From Patescibacteria group bacterium (GTDB taxonomy: Bacteria; Patescibacteriota; Microgenomatia; Levybacterales; UBA12049): a stretch of DNA of 64,000 bases. Below, one piece after another: positions 1-9,020 of this stretch (its first letter is position 1; every line of letters begins with the position of its first letter). The notes beneath the pieces are model-generated. The model made no database searches. It was given only the letters and a program-made list of their open reading frames with translations, and had not been told where the DNA came from. Position numbers and translations under genes: made by a program. The stretch lies in NCBI GenBank assembly GCA_038064195.1, contig JBBTTO010000003.1:178428-242427 (forward strand), written 5' to 3'.

Positions 1-726
1 GGCAAGGGTAGCATCGGTCGGACTGCTGGGTGCAGTATAGGAGATAGCTCCGACTGACGTAGGTGAGCCCCATGACGTACCATCACTGCTGGCACAGAAG
101 CTGAAGACGGTCTGGGCCGGGTTTTGTGAAGTAGCGACATAGCGACGAAGTAACATCCCGCCTGCGGTATCGATCTCAGTAAATGGCGTCTTGCGGAGAT
201 CCTGCATCGGCCCCTCAGGCACGCTTCCTTCAAAAATACAGCCGTTGCCTCCCATAGCTGCTTGATAAATTTTGATCTGATAATTACCTTTGGTCAATAT
301 ATAGTTATCAATAATGGCGGTGTGGGTCGTTGCGGGTGTCCAGGTCAGAGGGTATTGAATCGTATACGTATTGAATGAGACACCGTTCAATTTAGTACTG
401 GTGAACGTTGCCCAGTCGGCTTTGGTCTGAGCTGAGGGCGAGGAAGGAGCCGTGGTCGGAGTTGCGACTTCGACTGTCGGAGTAGGGATCTGAGCCGGGG
501 AGGGAGTCGGGATGGGGGCAGCTTGCTGAGCTTTCAGATACATAAAGCCGCCCAGAGCAGCGATAATGACTACTACTGCAACTATAACCAGTATCATCAT
601 TTTGCTTTTGGGAGACGGGGGCATGGGTGGTGCCGGAGGAACCGGCTGTGAGGGAGGTGGTGTAGCTTGCGCCGATTGTGGCGGAGTTACCACAGGCGGC
701 TGATTAGTAGGGGCTGCTGGATCCAT
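1..726 (-). CDS. Membrane-anchored exported protein with Pro-rich N-terminus (partial, runs off window)
   Basis: Manually read open frame from ATG at 726: MDPAAPTNQPPVVTPPQ...KSKMMILVIVAVVVIIAALGGFMYLK...WATFTS...YTIQYPLTW; same architecture as 31641-32441. Confidence 0.8.
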   Translation of the reverse strand, partial: MDPAAPTNQPPVVTPPQSAQATPPPSQPVPPAPPMPPSPKSKMMILVIVAVVVIIAALGGFMYLKAQQAAPIPTPSPAQIPTPTVEVATPTTAPSSPSAQTKADWATFTSTKLNGVSFNTYTIQYPLTWTPATTHTAIIDNYILTKGNYQIKIYQAAMGGNGCIFEGSVPEGPMQDLRKTPFTEIDTAGGMLLRRYVATSQNPAQTVFSFCASSDGTSWGSPTSVGAISYTAPSSPTDATLA

Positions 727-775
727 AGATCCAGTATTTCAAGTCAGAAAGAATAAGTCAAGCTTATTCCAACTG

Positions 776-1030
776 TTATTTTCTCTCAACGGTGATGGAG
801 CACTCGGTGACGAGGGCGGCGATAGCGCCTATTGCTGCAAGCGCGGGTGCGATCAAAGCTCCAGCCACGCCGATAGTGAGTGGGAATTCGACGATAGTCT
901 TGCCTTTTTTATCTTTAATGGTAATTCGGCGGATATTGCCTTCGTGAAGTAATTCTTTTACTTTCTTTAATAATTCTTCACCACTGACTTTGAATGTTTC
1001 AGTTTTTGGTCCGGTTTTTTTAGTAGCCAT
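776..1030 (-). CDS. DUF4342 family protein
   Basis: ELLKKVKELLHEGNIRRITIK...EFPLTIGV...ALVTECSITVER; GGAGGTG SD before ATG at 1030. Confidence 0.85.
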   Translation of the reverse strand: MATKKTGPKTETFKVSGEELLKKVKELLHEGNIRRITIKDKKGKTIVEFPLTIGVAGALIAPALAAIGAIAALVTECSITVERK

Positions 1031-1052
1031 TGATATCACCTCCTCTCAAGTA

Positions 1053-1110
1053 TGTCATCCTGAACTTGATTCAGGATCTACTGAGATGCTGAAATAAATT
1101 CAGCATGACA
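1053..1110. repeat. REP-like double-hairpin element
   Basis: tgtcatcctgaacttgattcaggatct-actg-agatgctgaaataaattcagcatgaca: two inverted hairpin units in the DUF4342 5' leader. Confidence 0.75.
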
Positions 1111-1146
1111 AAGAATTGAATTATAAAATATAATAAATTTTTGTGA

Positions 1147-1162
1147 TGTGAGAAAGATCACG
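1147..1162 (-). promoter_or_regulatory. Crp/Fnr-type box, class II position for the DUF4342 promoter
   Basis: TGTGA-gaaaga-TCACG; centre 29.5 bp from the first base of minus-strand TATAAT (1125-1120). Confidence 0.7.
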
Positions 1163-1172
1163 TTGGGATGTC

Positions 1173-1200
1173 CTGGGAGCGCGCAGCTGCGCGCTCCCAG
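1173..1200 (-). terminator. Perfect 28-bp palindrome downstream of the SDR gene
   Basis: ctgggagcgcgcagctgcgcgctcccag is its own reverse complement. Confidence 0.6.
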
Positions 1201-1226
1201 AAACGAATCCTCTAGCCAAGTTAAGG

Positions 1227-2000
1227 TTAGCCCATCCAGAGTCCACCGTTGACGTCGATCACAGCTCCAGTGATGAAGCTTGCGTCGTCAGACAGCAGGA
1301 ACGCGACCACTCCGGCTACTTCTTCTGGTGTTCCCATCCTTCCGAGGACGGTGCCATTGATGAAGAAGTCCTGCACTTCTTGAGGCAGAACGCCGGTCAT
1401 GTCGGTCTTGATGAAGCCTGGCGCCACCGCATTCACTGTGATCGGGCGTTTGAGGGAGCCGTACTCCCGGGCGAGCGCCCGAGTCAAGGTGATGAGACCG
1501 CCTTTCGCCGCGGCGTAGTTGGCCTGCATCTTTTGGCCGGTCCGTCCGACGATCGATGCGATGTTGACGACACGGCCAGAACGCTGGCTTGACATGATCG
1601 GTAGCGCGGCCTGCGAACAGAGGAAGGGACCGCGAAGGTTGGTGTTGATGACGTCGTCCCAGTTCTCGATCGGCATTTTGGCAGTGGGGCCGTCACGTGT
1701 GATGCCCGCGTTGTTGACGAGGGCGTCGATACGCTTGGCAAACTCCAGCGTATCGTCGATGAGACGTTTCGCGCCTTCCGACGTCGAGACATCTGCTTTG
1801 ACAAGATGGGGAATGCGTTCGCGGACTGCGCCGATTTCGAGCTTGGCGCTCTCGGCGACTGCGTCATCTCCGTGGTAGTTGACGATGAGCTCGTAACCGT
1901 CGGCGCTGAGGCGTTTGGCAATAGCCAAGCCAATTCCTTTTGTGCCTCCTGTTATGATGGCAACTTTTCCTTCTCCGGGTAACTTATTGTCGGTTCCCAT
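1227..2000 (-). CDS. fabG: 3-oxoacyl-ACP reductase-like short-chain dehydrogenase
   Basis: TGGTKGIG, NNAGITRD, YAAAK, VNAVAPGFIKTDMT motifs. Confidence 0.88.
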   Translation of the reverse strand: MGTDNKLPGEGKVAIITGGTKGIGLAIAKRLSADGYELIVNYHGDDAVAESAKLEIGAVRERIPHLVKADVSTSEGAKRLIDDTLEFAKRIDALVNNAGITRDGPTAKMPIENWDDVINTNLRGPFLCSQAALPIMSSQRSGRVVNIASIVGRTGQKMQANYAAAKGGLITLTRALAREYGSLKRPITVNAVAPGFIKTDMTGVLPQEVQDFFINGTVLGRMGTPEEVAGVVAFLLSDDASFITGAVIDVNGGLWMG

Positions 2001-2215
2001 GTCGTGGAGCTCCTTTCGAGCATGTTACTACGGAACGCCGGTGAGGCCGTCTAGTATTTCTAGACTGGCTCATGAGCGTTCCGTATTTGATGGGCTAAGT
2101 TATAAATGAGCTAGAGAATTAAAAGAACATTTGAACATCTGAAAACGCTTAAGTTTTCGTCTATTACAAACGCTTGAGGGAATTATACCTGAAGCTTATA
2201 ATATTTAGCAAAGAT

Positions 2216-3202
2216 CTAGCCGCGGATGATGAGGGAGAGGAGGTGGCGGGCGTAATTTTTCTTTGCATCAGTAATACGTACAACGACCATCCCGAGGTTT
2301 ATCTGTCCATAGATCACCAGTGCACCAAGGGGGGCAAGCATGATGGAGGGAAGTGCCAGTAAGTCCTCCTCACCATCAACGAACATGACCTGGGGGATGA
2401 TATTTTCGATGGCTTTTACTAAAAGCGGACCGAAGTCTTTGTTAATCGTGCCCGCGGGATTACTGATAGTGTAATCGGCTTGCGGAAAGTAAATATCGAG
2501 TTCTTTGGTATCCATAGGTTCCCGATGCGTCATTTTATCCAGAATTGAAAGAGTAACCGGGATGCCTGTCTTGCGGAGTGCAAGTGAGACGATATCGCCA
2601 ATAGTAATAATGGTAGTGTCATCGGTGATTTGTGCCTTGATCGTCTCAATATCGCGGGTGACTTCACCCACAGGCTGCTTGAGCATTTCACGGAGATTCT
2701 CAGGCAGAATATACTCAGGGCTGTCCACGAAAAATTTGAGATAGGAAGTCCCTTCCTGGTCTATGATTCCCTGGCGTATTCTCTCAGAGCTGACGGGCTC
2801 ACCGTCATCTGCTTTAACGAAAGGGACGACCACGATCTGCATTTCCGGAAGCTGACGATTTTTACGTTCGGTATTGATTTTCTTCGCGGTCTCTTCGGTG
2901 GCGGGACTGACGATGATCACATCGATACTCGGGTCAGTGAGTGTGGTGCCGTATTGATCTGTGATAGGAATGAGTGTAGTGCGGTCAAGAAGTTGATGAA
3001 TAGCCAGATAATTCTTCAGGGTCTGCTCACGGGTAGCGTAGTCCTCTATGACCTCAGCATAGTCTTTGTCCTGATACAATTCACTCTCGGCAATACCGAT
3101 CGTCACTCGTTCGGCACGCATGAAAGCATGGGCGAGAAGCATATGATGGCCCGGGTGGAGACGATCAAACGTCCCACCGATGATAGCATGTTGGGCAGGC
3201 AT
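2216..3202 (-). CDS. Archaeal-type phosphopantetheine adenylyltransferase fused to DUF359 (GTP-dependent dephospho-CoA kinase-like)
   Basis: N-term GGTFDRLHPGH...VSSERIRQG; C-term LREMLKQPVG, TIGDIVS, NPAGTI, VDGEEDLLALP, VIYGQ. Confidence 0.8.
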   Translation of the reverse strand: MPAQHAIIGGTFDRLHPGHHMLLAHAFMRAERVTIGIAESELYQDKDYAEVIEDYATREQTLKNYLAIHQLLDRTTLIPITDQYGTTLTDPSIDVIIVSPATEETAKKINTERKNRQLPEMQIVVVPFVKADDGEPVSSERIRQGIIDQEGTSYLKFFVDSPEYILPENLREMLKQPVGEVTRDIETIKAQITDDTTIITIGDIVSLALRKTGIPVTLSILDKMTHREPMDTKELDIYFPQADYTISNPAGTINKDFGPLLVKAIENIIPQVMFVDGEEDLLALPSIMLAPLGALVIYGQINLGMVVVRITDAKKNYARHLLSLIIRG

Positions 3203-3247
3203 AAAGATATTGTAAAGAATTCAGAACCAATCGTCTACTCTGTTTGT

Positions 3248-3276
3248 TTGACTAACAGTGCCGACAAGCCTATAAT
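3248..3276 (+). promoter_or_regulatory. Sigma70 promoter
   Basis: TTGACT-17 bp-TATAAT. Confidence 0.7.
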
Positions 3277-3544
3277 ACAGGCTTATTGTTCTTTAAAATA
3301 TTTTGGAAAGAGTAACTTCACAGTAAGTAGTACGTAGTTGGTAGTAAGTAGCAAGCCACATATGCGTGGATTTCATGCTTAGTATCTCGGTATTATTTGT
3401 TCTGAAGTCGCCTCTTTCCAATTCACATCATTTTTGGTAGGCGGCTTAGTGTTTGTATTTTTTATAAACAGTGAGCCGTCTATCACGTCTTGTGGTGACG
3501 TCGTCCCACCGGGAAACCGGTATATTTAAGCAGGAGGCCATGAT

Positions 3545-4249
3545 ATGGGAGAACCAACCGAACAAAAGGAAGAAGAAAAAGAGACCATTGCGCTGGGGAT
3601 TACGGCTCTTGGTCGTCTTGAGTACGCTGGAGACGCACTCCTCGCACGGGAGTTTTTTGAGAATGGTAGGATGCCCTTCGGGCTCCCATCAGTCGGCGAA
3701 GAGGCATCCGCCGTGTTGGCAACAACTGCCAACCTGGTAGCGCGATTGTTGTCTGAAGAGGCGTTGGTGGCAGAAGAGCTTGAGTCTCTTGGGCCGCCGC
3801 GTACTTTTCGCGGGACACCCCGGCTGACTCGGGGAGTCTACCTAGTCGCTCACCCGATCTTTATCAACATCCAAGAGCCTATTCTTAAAGATCTCGTCAA
3901 GGTACTACGGGATCTTCTGAGAAGGTTTCGGGTGATGGGGCCGCTACGAGTCGAGGTAGACGCGCTCGATCAGCTCACAGGAGTAGTCTACGCGGCTCAG
4001 GACGCCTGGGATGAGAAACGATTAACTCGTACTCTCAGGAGTAACTCTCCTCAAAGTCTGCTATCTCGATTGGAGGAACAGCCTGATCGGCCTCCGTCCA
4101 ACCGGCGAAGTGGTCTGGAACTGCGAGCCATTACCAGGATACTCCTGGACTACGAAAGGGTAGCCCCGGTTATTTTCGACACAATGTTTGGTGACGACGA
4201 AGAGATCAGTCCTGAGGGACCGGTGCTTGCCGAAGACGATTCGGAATGA
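3545..4249 (+). CDS. Hypothetical protein (GC-rich ORFan)
   Basis: 234-aa ORF, AGGAGG SD, terminator hairpin downstream. Confidence 0.7.
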   Translation: MGEPTEQKEEEKETIALGITALGRLEYAGDALLAREFFENGRMPFGLPSVGEEASAVLATTANLVARLLSEEALVAEELESLGPPRTFRGTPRLTRGVYLVAHPIFINIQEPILKDLVKVLRDLLRRFRVMGPLRVEVDALDQLTGVVYAAQDAWDEKRLTRTLRSNSPQSLLSRLEEQPDRPPSNRRSGLELRAITRILLDYERVAPVIFDTMFGDDEEISPEGPVLAEDDSE

Positions 4250-4281
4250 TGTGACCCGCTCGGCGGGTGAGGCGAGATGTG

Positions 4282-4316
4282 AGGGGTGAGGAGCGTAAGC
4301 TCCGAGCCCCTTTTTT
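4282..4316 (+). terminator. Intrinsic terminator
   Basis: aggggtgaggagc-gtaa-gctccgagcccct followed by a T-run. Confidence 0.6.
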
Positions 4317-4353
4317 CGTGCTTATGAATTGTGTTCAGAGGAGTCACCCCGCA

Positions 4354-4956
4354 TCACCTTGTAGGGCGGGGAGACACCTCTTCAAGCTTTAATTTTGGCC
4401 ATTTGGAAAGCCAGTTTTTCTCCTTTACTCTTCTTGTGAATAGCTCTGGATTATGGGCGTATTTTGTCGCGTAGTTTGGGATTTTTCGCAGTTTGAGTCC
4501 TACCAGATCCTCAATCCCATGTGGAGCACTTAAGATTAGTTTATTGTTTATCAAACTTACTCCGACACAAGTTGCAGTCTCGCTCCAGTCAGCCAGTGCT
4601 TCAGTTGAAGTTTTATATGGTTTGGTGTGGTGCGGGATGTGCATCCGGGCCTGGTTGGTCACCGACCATTCAGTATCGGGTATGAGTTGTTTTAATCTCT
4701 TCTGATAGCCATCCTCAACAGGAGTGCTATAGGTATACAGATTCTCAGGGAGAAAGTCAGAAAGGTCAAAATAGATGACATCAATATCAGGTAGAGGAGT
4801 TCGGGCTTGATAATTATGTAAAACATCCCAGACTTTACTCCTGACAAAGCCTGCGCCGATCCACCAGTCAGGCAAATTTAAGGTTTGGACTGCCTTCAAA
4901 ACTCCCATCATCCAGGGATCTTTTTCGATGAGTTTAAGCAGGGCTGATTCGTCCAC
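4354..4956 (-). CDS. Nucleotidyltransferase family protein (DUF925-like)
   Basis: LPDWWIGAGFVRSKVWD, DIDVIYFD, NQARMH, APHGIEDL, WLSKWPKL. Confidence 0.85.
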   Translation of the reverse strand: MDESALLKLIEKDPWMMGVLKAVQTLNLPDWWIGAGFVRSKVWDVLHNYQARTPLPDIDVIYFDLSDFLPENLYTYSTPVEDGYQKRLKQLIPDTEWSVTNQARMHIPHHTKPYKTSTEALADWSETATCVGVSLINNKLILSAPHGIEDLVGLKLRKIPNYATKYAHNPELFTRRVKEKNWLSKWPKLKLEEVSPRPTR

Positions 4957-4971
4957 GGAGAAAGTATAACA

Positions 4972-5382
4972 TTATGGAGTTTTCTTTTTTCGAAGGAGAA
5001 CTAAAGAGAGGATAAAGACAGTCAGCATATTGATCTGACAAAGGACACAGACAGGACAGATGACATGGAGCTGAAAGAGTTCACGATAGGCGATGTAGAG
5101 ACAAAAGATGAGGCCGAAAGTGGCCATGCCCAGAAGTAATTTTGTCTTTTTGTATGTCGCGGCCAGAAAGATCACGATATAGCCGATGAGGCCGTAAATG
5201 GGTGTGGGAACACCTAATGTTTTGGCGACTTCGCCTTTAATGATGGCGTCGCAGTTGACCAGACTATTGATGGAGCACAAAGTACGAGTAGGTTGCTCCC
5301 ACTGTTCGTAGAGCAGGTAGAGGGCAAGGATTATACCGACGATCGCAAGTGCGCGGATGGTAAAGAAGATTTTGTCGACCAT
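4972..5382 (-). CDS. Vitamin K epoxide reductase (VKOR) family protein
   Basis: C-x7-C loop (CSINSLVNC), CPVC active motif, 4 TM segments; leaderless start. Confidence 0.85.
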   Translation of the reverse strand: MVDKIFFTIRALAIVGIILALYLLYEQWEQPTRTLCSINSLVNCDAIIKGEVAKTLGVPTPIYGLIGYIVIFLAATYKKTKLLLGMATFGLIFCLYIAYRELFQLHVICPVCVLCQINMLTVFILSLVLLRKKKTP

Positions 5383-5415
5383 AGAATAATTATCAGGAGT
5401 TGGAGGAGAGCCGGC

Positions 5416-5431
5416 AGTGATTTGGATCACT
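5416..5431 (-). promoter_or_regulatory. Crp/Fnr-type box between divergent genes
   Basis: AGTGA-tttgga-TCACT; centre 29.5 bp from minus-strand GATAAT (5394-5389) of VKOR; lies just upstream of the + strand TATAAT. Confidence 0.7.
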
Positions 5432-5449
5432 CAGGTGTATAATAGTCAT

Positions 5450-5794
5450 ATGGAAGATCATGAATCAGAAGGAAGTTTGGGAAAAGGTCAGTCAAAACCG
5501 ACTATTGGCGATCTGACGTTGCAAAAAGCTATAGAGCTGGGTGAATACAGTCCTGATTTTTTAGGTCAGTTCCCGGAGTGGCATCAGCTTAGCCGGCATA
5601 TTCAGTTTGAGTATATCCGTACGGCTCTGGACAATCGTAATCGTCAACTCGTTAAGCAATGGGCCGAGATCGTCAATGTTTTGGATTTCAGTAAAAAACC
5701 GCATTTAAAAAATGCGTTAAGTAATATTGAAAATCAGCTTGAAGTTCTCAAACAAGATCGCGAAGATCTCTATGTGGAATATTCCGCCGCCTAA
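5450..5794 (+). CDS. Hypothetical protein
   Basis: TATAAT+6 nt+ATG; 114-aa helical ORF. Confidence 0.75.
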   Translation: MEDHESEGSLGKGQSKPTIGDLTLQKAIELGEYSPDFLGQFPEWHQLSRHIQFEYIRTALDNRNRQLVKQWAEIVNVLDFSKKPHLKNALSNIENQLEVLKQDREDLYVEYSAA

Positions 5795-5888
5795 TTTTCA
5801 TAGAATGAGGAGAGGTGAAAGGCCCGGTCGCCTCAGCCAAAAGAGGCCAAGGCGAGGCCGGGTGCCTCTCGCGAAAAGATGTGGGGAA

Positions 5889-6236
5889 TTAGGACTGTGG
5901 TACGGTGACGACATCGATACTGGTCCCGAGATCTTGATGTGATCTGGTAAAGCGATAATCGTTAAATTCGAACCATCCCCCCGATGGGTTGTACCCGAAC
6001 GAACCGCTACCTTCCATCGTCTGACATCGCCAGAAATAGACGGCGAGATTGGGATTCCATGTGACGGTGACTTCATGGAATTGTTCCCAAGATCCACGTC
6101 GATAGTACAGCACCGTCATTGTGTCAGGGTCGGGGACCACGATGACTTCCCCATGGTTGGCTCGCTGGTAGATACGTGCACGCCCTGAGAGATTGACGGC
6201 ATATGTCGAAACAGAGGCCGTACGTTTTTTTGCCAT
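5889..6236 (-). CDS. Hypothetical protein (GC-rich ORFan)
   Basis: GGAGG SD before MAKKRTAS; 5' hairpin leader and long 3' hairpin (about 5810-5870). Confidence 0.6.
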   Translation of the reverse strand: MAKKRTASVSTYAVNLSGRARIYQRANHGEVIVVPDPDTMTVLYYRRGSWEQFHEVTVTWNPNLAVYFWRCQTMEGSGSFGYNPSGGWFEFNDYRFTRSHQDLGTSIDVVTVPQS

Positions 6237-6608
6237 GAGAGCCTCCAGTGCGTTGTTTCGTATTAACACCACCCAAAATAGATGGCGCTCTGAGTACCAA
6301 GACGGATACTCATAGGGCCATCTACTATATATTCCACACATTCTTAAAGAGCGAGAAGAAAAAAAGCTCCGCAGCAGTCAGAAAGCCAGAAATGACTTAG
6401 GACCATTGAGAAGCAGAGTTGTATTATAATCTTTTTGAAGCAAAAATAAAACTTATGGGACTGGTCAAGGTTAAATACTCATAGTAAATGGTCAATTGTT
6501 TGTGCTATAAACGAAAGTATACCCTTCTCGCTCAGTTTTGCAAACAATTTTAGCAAAGCTGAGCTCAGGGCATTATACAGAATTTGTAAACTTAAGCGTA
6601 AGGAGTAT

Positions 6609-7025
6609 ATGTTGCAGGGATTTAAGAAATTTATTTTACGGGGCAATGTCGTTGATCTGGCTGTCGGTATCGTCGTCGGAGCAGCTTTTAACAACACGAT
6701 CCAAGCATTTGTCAAAGGTGTGTTCACACCATTTCTCGGGATAGCCGGTGGAATCCCTGATTTTTCCAGTCTGACTTTCAAAGTTAATGGATCGGTATTT
6801 CTTTTTGGGGAGTTTTTTAACTCATTGCTCTCATTTCTCATCGTGGCCACAGTTATCTATTTTTTCGTCGTGGTGCCAGTGAACAAACTCAAAGATCTGG
6901 CGATGAGCGGGAAGAATGAAGACCCTTCAAGTAAGCATTGTCCTTTTTGTTACTCAGATATCCCTTTTAAGGCGACTCGTTGCCCCAACTGTACCTCCCA
7001 GCTCCGTGAAGAGAAAAAGAAATAA
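6609..7025 (+). CDS. mscL: Large-conductance mechanosensitive channel with C-terminal zinc ribbon
   Basis: FKKFILRGNVVDLAVGIVVGAAF; CPFC...CPNC tail. Confidence 0.92.
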   Translation: MLQGFKKFILRGNVVDLAVGIVVGAAFNNTIQAFVKGVFTPFLGIAGGIPDFSSLTFKVNGSVFLFGEFFNSLLSFLIVATVIYFFVVVPVNKLKDLAMSGKNEDPSSKHCPFCYSDIPFKATRCPNCTSQLREEKKK

Positions 7026-7034
7026 GATTTCTCT

Positions 7035-7210
7035 GTACTTTTGCGCCGCCAAAAGTACCAAAAGCTCTCGCCCTAGTCTCCCTCAATGCAGAAAATTGTG
7101 ACTCATTCACTAAAAGTTTGTGCTATTGACTTGCAACTTTTACCTGAGGGTCGCTCATTCATCCCAATTTTCTAGGCTTTCGGCACGAGCGGGCGATCTG
7201 GGAGACGGCG
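7035..7210. repeat. Structured intergenic palindromic (MITE-like) element
   Basis: gtacttttg..caaaagtac hairpin plus nested long-range inverted repeats (cgcc..tctccc / gggaga..ggcg; agaaaattg / caattttct). Confidence 0.5.
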
Positions 7211-7317
7211 TTTATATCTGTATGAATGGTAAGACTTTTAGTCCTGATGAGGCTGCGAAAAATGTTGGCGAAGGCAAATTTATTCTATCTTTGATGATTT
7301 ACAGTAAGTCATTGAGA

Positions 7318-7614
7318 TTAGGCAGGTAGGCCAAGATGGGCTTCGATGCGAGTAACTCTTTTTCGAGTTTTCATATTATCTTTATCGAGATAGTTAACCA
7401 CTTCTTTTATTTCATTTTTTAATTCCTTGTGGTTTTTGTTCATTCTGATTTCAAGATTTTTGACGCGATCCTTTACCACATCAATTTCATTCTGGAACGT
7501 CATCTTTATAAGAGTTAATTGTCCTCCTAAATCATCTCGTGTAGTTTGAGACTCAGTCTCTACTTCTTCGCGAACAACGTTGCGAATAAGATCTATATCG
7601 GATTTTGTTAGCAT
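7318..7614 (-). CDS. Coiled-coil hypothetical protein
   Basis: 98-aa ORF MLTKSDIDLIR...RVTRIEAHLGL; -10-like TATAGT just upstream. Confidence 0.75.
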   Translation of the reverse strand: MLTKSDIDLIRNVVREEVETESQTTRDDLGGQLTLIKMTFQNEIDVVKDRVKNLEIRMNKNHKELKNEIKEVVNYLDKDNMKTRKRVTRIEAHLGLPA

Positions 7615-7679
7615 GGTTTAACTATAAAGTTTGAAAAGTGCTTTTGCAAGATTATTAAAAAGAACAAAAGAGGTCAAAA

Positions 7680-7982
7680 CTATTTTCGTTTTTTACCCTT
7701 GCCCCGCTTTGGTCGAGTCGAAGTGGGCCATCTCCAGGAGGCTTTTTCGCCTCTGTGGTAGGAGATGAGGACGAGGATGGAGGTAAGGACTGCGGTGAGG
7801 AAGAAAAATATGACAGTTGAGACAGTTTGATTAAAGAGCGGATCTCGTAGTCTCTCTGAATAAATAAAAGCCAGTTTGATTTCCAGTATTAAATAGATAG
7901 CAAGCGTCAACCAGCCTTGCCAGGTGGCCGGATACCAACCGAAACTTATTTTTTTTGCTTTGGACCACTTTTTTTGTGCCAT
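7680..7982 (-). CDS. Small membrane protein
   Basis: FGWYPATWQGWL motif, two TM helices, GEKASWRW. Confidence 0.75.
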   Translation of the reverse strand: MAQKKWSKAKKISFGWYPATWQGWLTLAIYLILEIKLAFIYSERLRDPLFNQTVSTVIFFFLTAVLTSILVLISYHRGEKASWRWPTSTRPKRGKGKKRK

Positions 7983-7993
7983 AACGTTAGTAT

Positions 7994-8025
7994 AGCAGTT
8001 AGCAGTTAGCAGTTAGCAGTTAGCA
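7994..8025. repeat. Heptamer tandem repeat (AGCAGTT)x4.5
   Basis: Read directly; lies between divergent -10 boxes. Confidence 0.85.
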
Positions 8026-8042
8026 TAGGGTATAATAGTAAC

Positions 8043-9005
8043 GTGCACCACGACAAAGATTCGCGGCTGACTTCCAAACGCGTCATCCTCACATCATTCT
8101 CCATAGACATTCTCGATCTTGTGTCAAGTATCGTCGTGGCTTGGCTTTCAGGCAGTATTGTTATGTTCACCCAAGCCCTGGAGGGGTTTACTGACCTCGT
8201 CTCAAGTGGTTTACTCGTCTTTGGGTTGAAGAGATCACTGCGTAAAGCGGATAAAGATCATCCTTTCGGCTACGGACGGGAGATTTATTTCTGGACGCTT
8301 ATTTCAGCCCTTGTTATGCTCGGGAGCACGGCTGTATTGTCTCTTTACTTTGGCTATCAGCGCTTTATCCACCCGTATCATCTGTCAGATGTACCATATG
8401 CTCTCATAGTCTTAGTTGTAACTATTTTTACTAACGGTTACGGTTTTACTTTAAGCTATCGGCGTTTACTCAAGGGGAGATCGTTGCGTAATATAGCTAG
8501 GGTTTTTTATCGTTCGTCTCTTATTGAAATCAAGACAACTTTTATCCTGGATTTGATGGGGACTTGTGCCTCAGTTTTGGGTATTATCGCGATCGGTCTC
8601 TACGCGTTAACAGGAGATTCCCGGTATGACGGATTGGGAGCTATGACTATCGGTCTGGTACTGATCTTTTTTGGCTTTTTCCTGATTGCCGGGATACGGG
8701 ATCTCTTGGTCGGACGCAGTGCTGCTCCCCATGTTGAGCAAAAGATCAGAGAAGCTGCTCTTAATGTCCCTGAGGTTGAGGATGTGCTCGGGATTAAGAC
8801 TGTCCATGTAGGGTCTGAAAAATTACTGGTGGCACTTGATGTGCATATGCATAGTGATTTAAAGACGCGCGAACTTGAGATGTTGATGGATGAGATAAAG
8901 GCAGAAGTCCGTAAAGTTGTACCGAGTGTCAAATATATTCAGGTGGAGTTGGAGACGAGGGATAGAAAAGAGATTAGAGGTAAGGCTAAGTGGCACAGTG
9001 GGTAG
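8043..9005 (+). CDS. Cation diffusion facilitator family transporter
   Basis: ADKDHPFGYGRE motif, 6 TM, C-terminal dimerisation domain. Confidence 0.9.
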   Translation: MHHDKDSRLTSKRVILTSFSIDILDLVSSIVVAWLSGSIVMFTQALEGFTDLVSSGLLVFGLKRSLRKADKDHPFGYGREIYFWTLISALVMLGSTAVLSLYFGYQRFIHPYHLSDVPYALIVLVVTIFTNGYGFTLSYRRLLKGRSLRNIARVFYRSSLIEIKTTFILDLMGTCASVLGIIAIGLYALTGDSRYDGLGAMTIGLVLIFFGFFLIAGIRDLLVGRSAAPHVEQKIREAALNVPEVEDVLGIKTVHVGSEKLLVALDVHMHSDLKTRELEMLMDEIKAEVRKVVPSVKYIQVELETRDRKEIRGKAKWHSG

Positions 9006-9020
9006 GTTTTACTCCGATTT

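Noticed and set aside
7120-7329. 69-aa ORF after mscL
   Set aside because: Starts within the palindromic element and has no recognisable features
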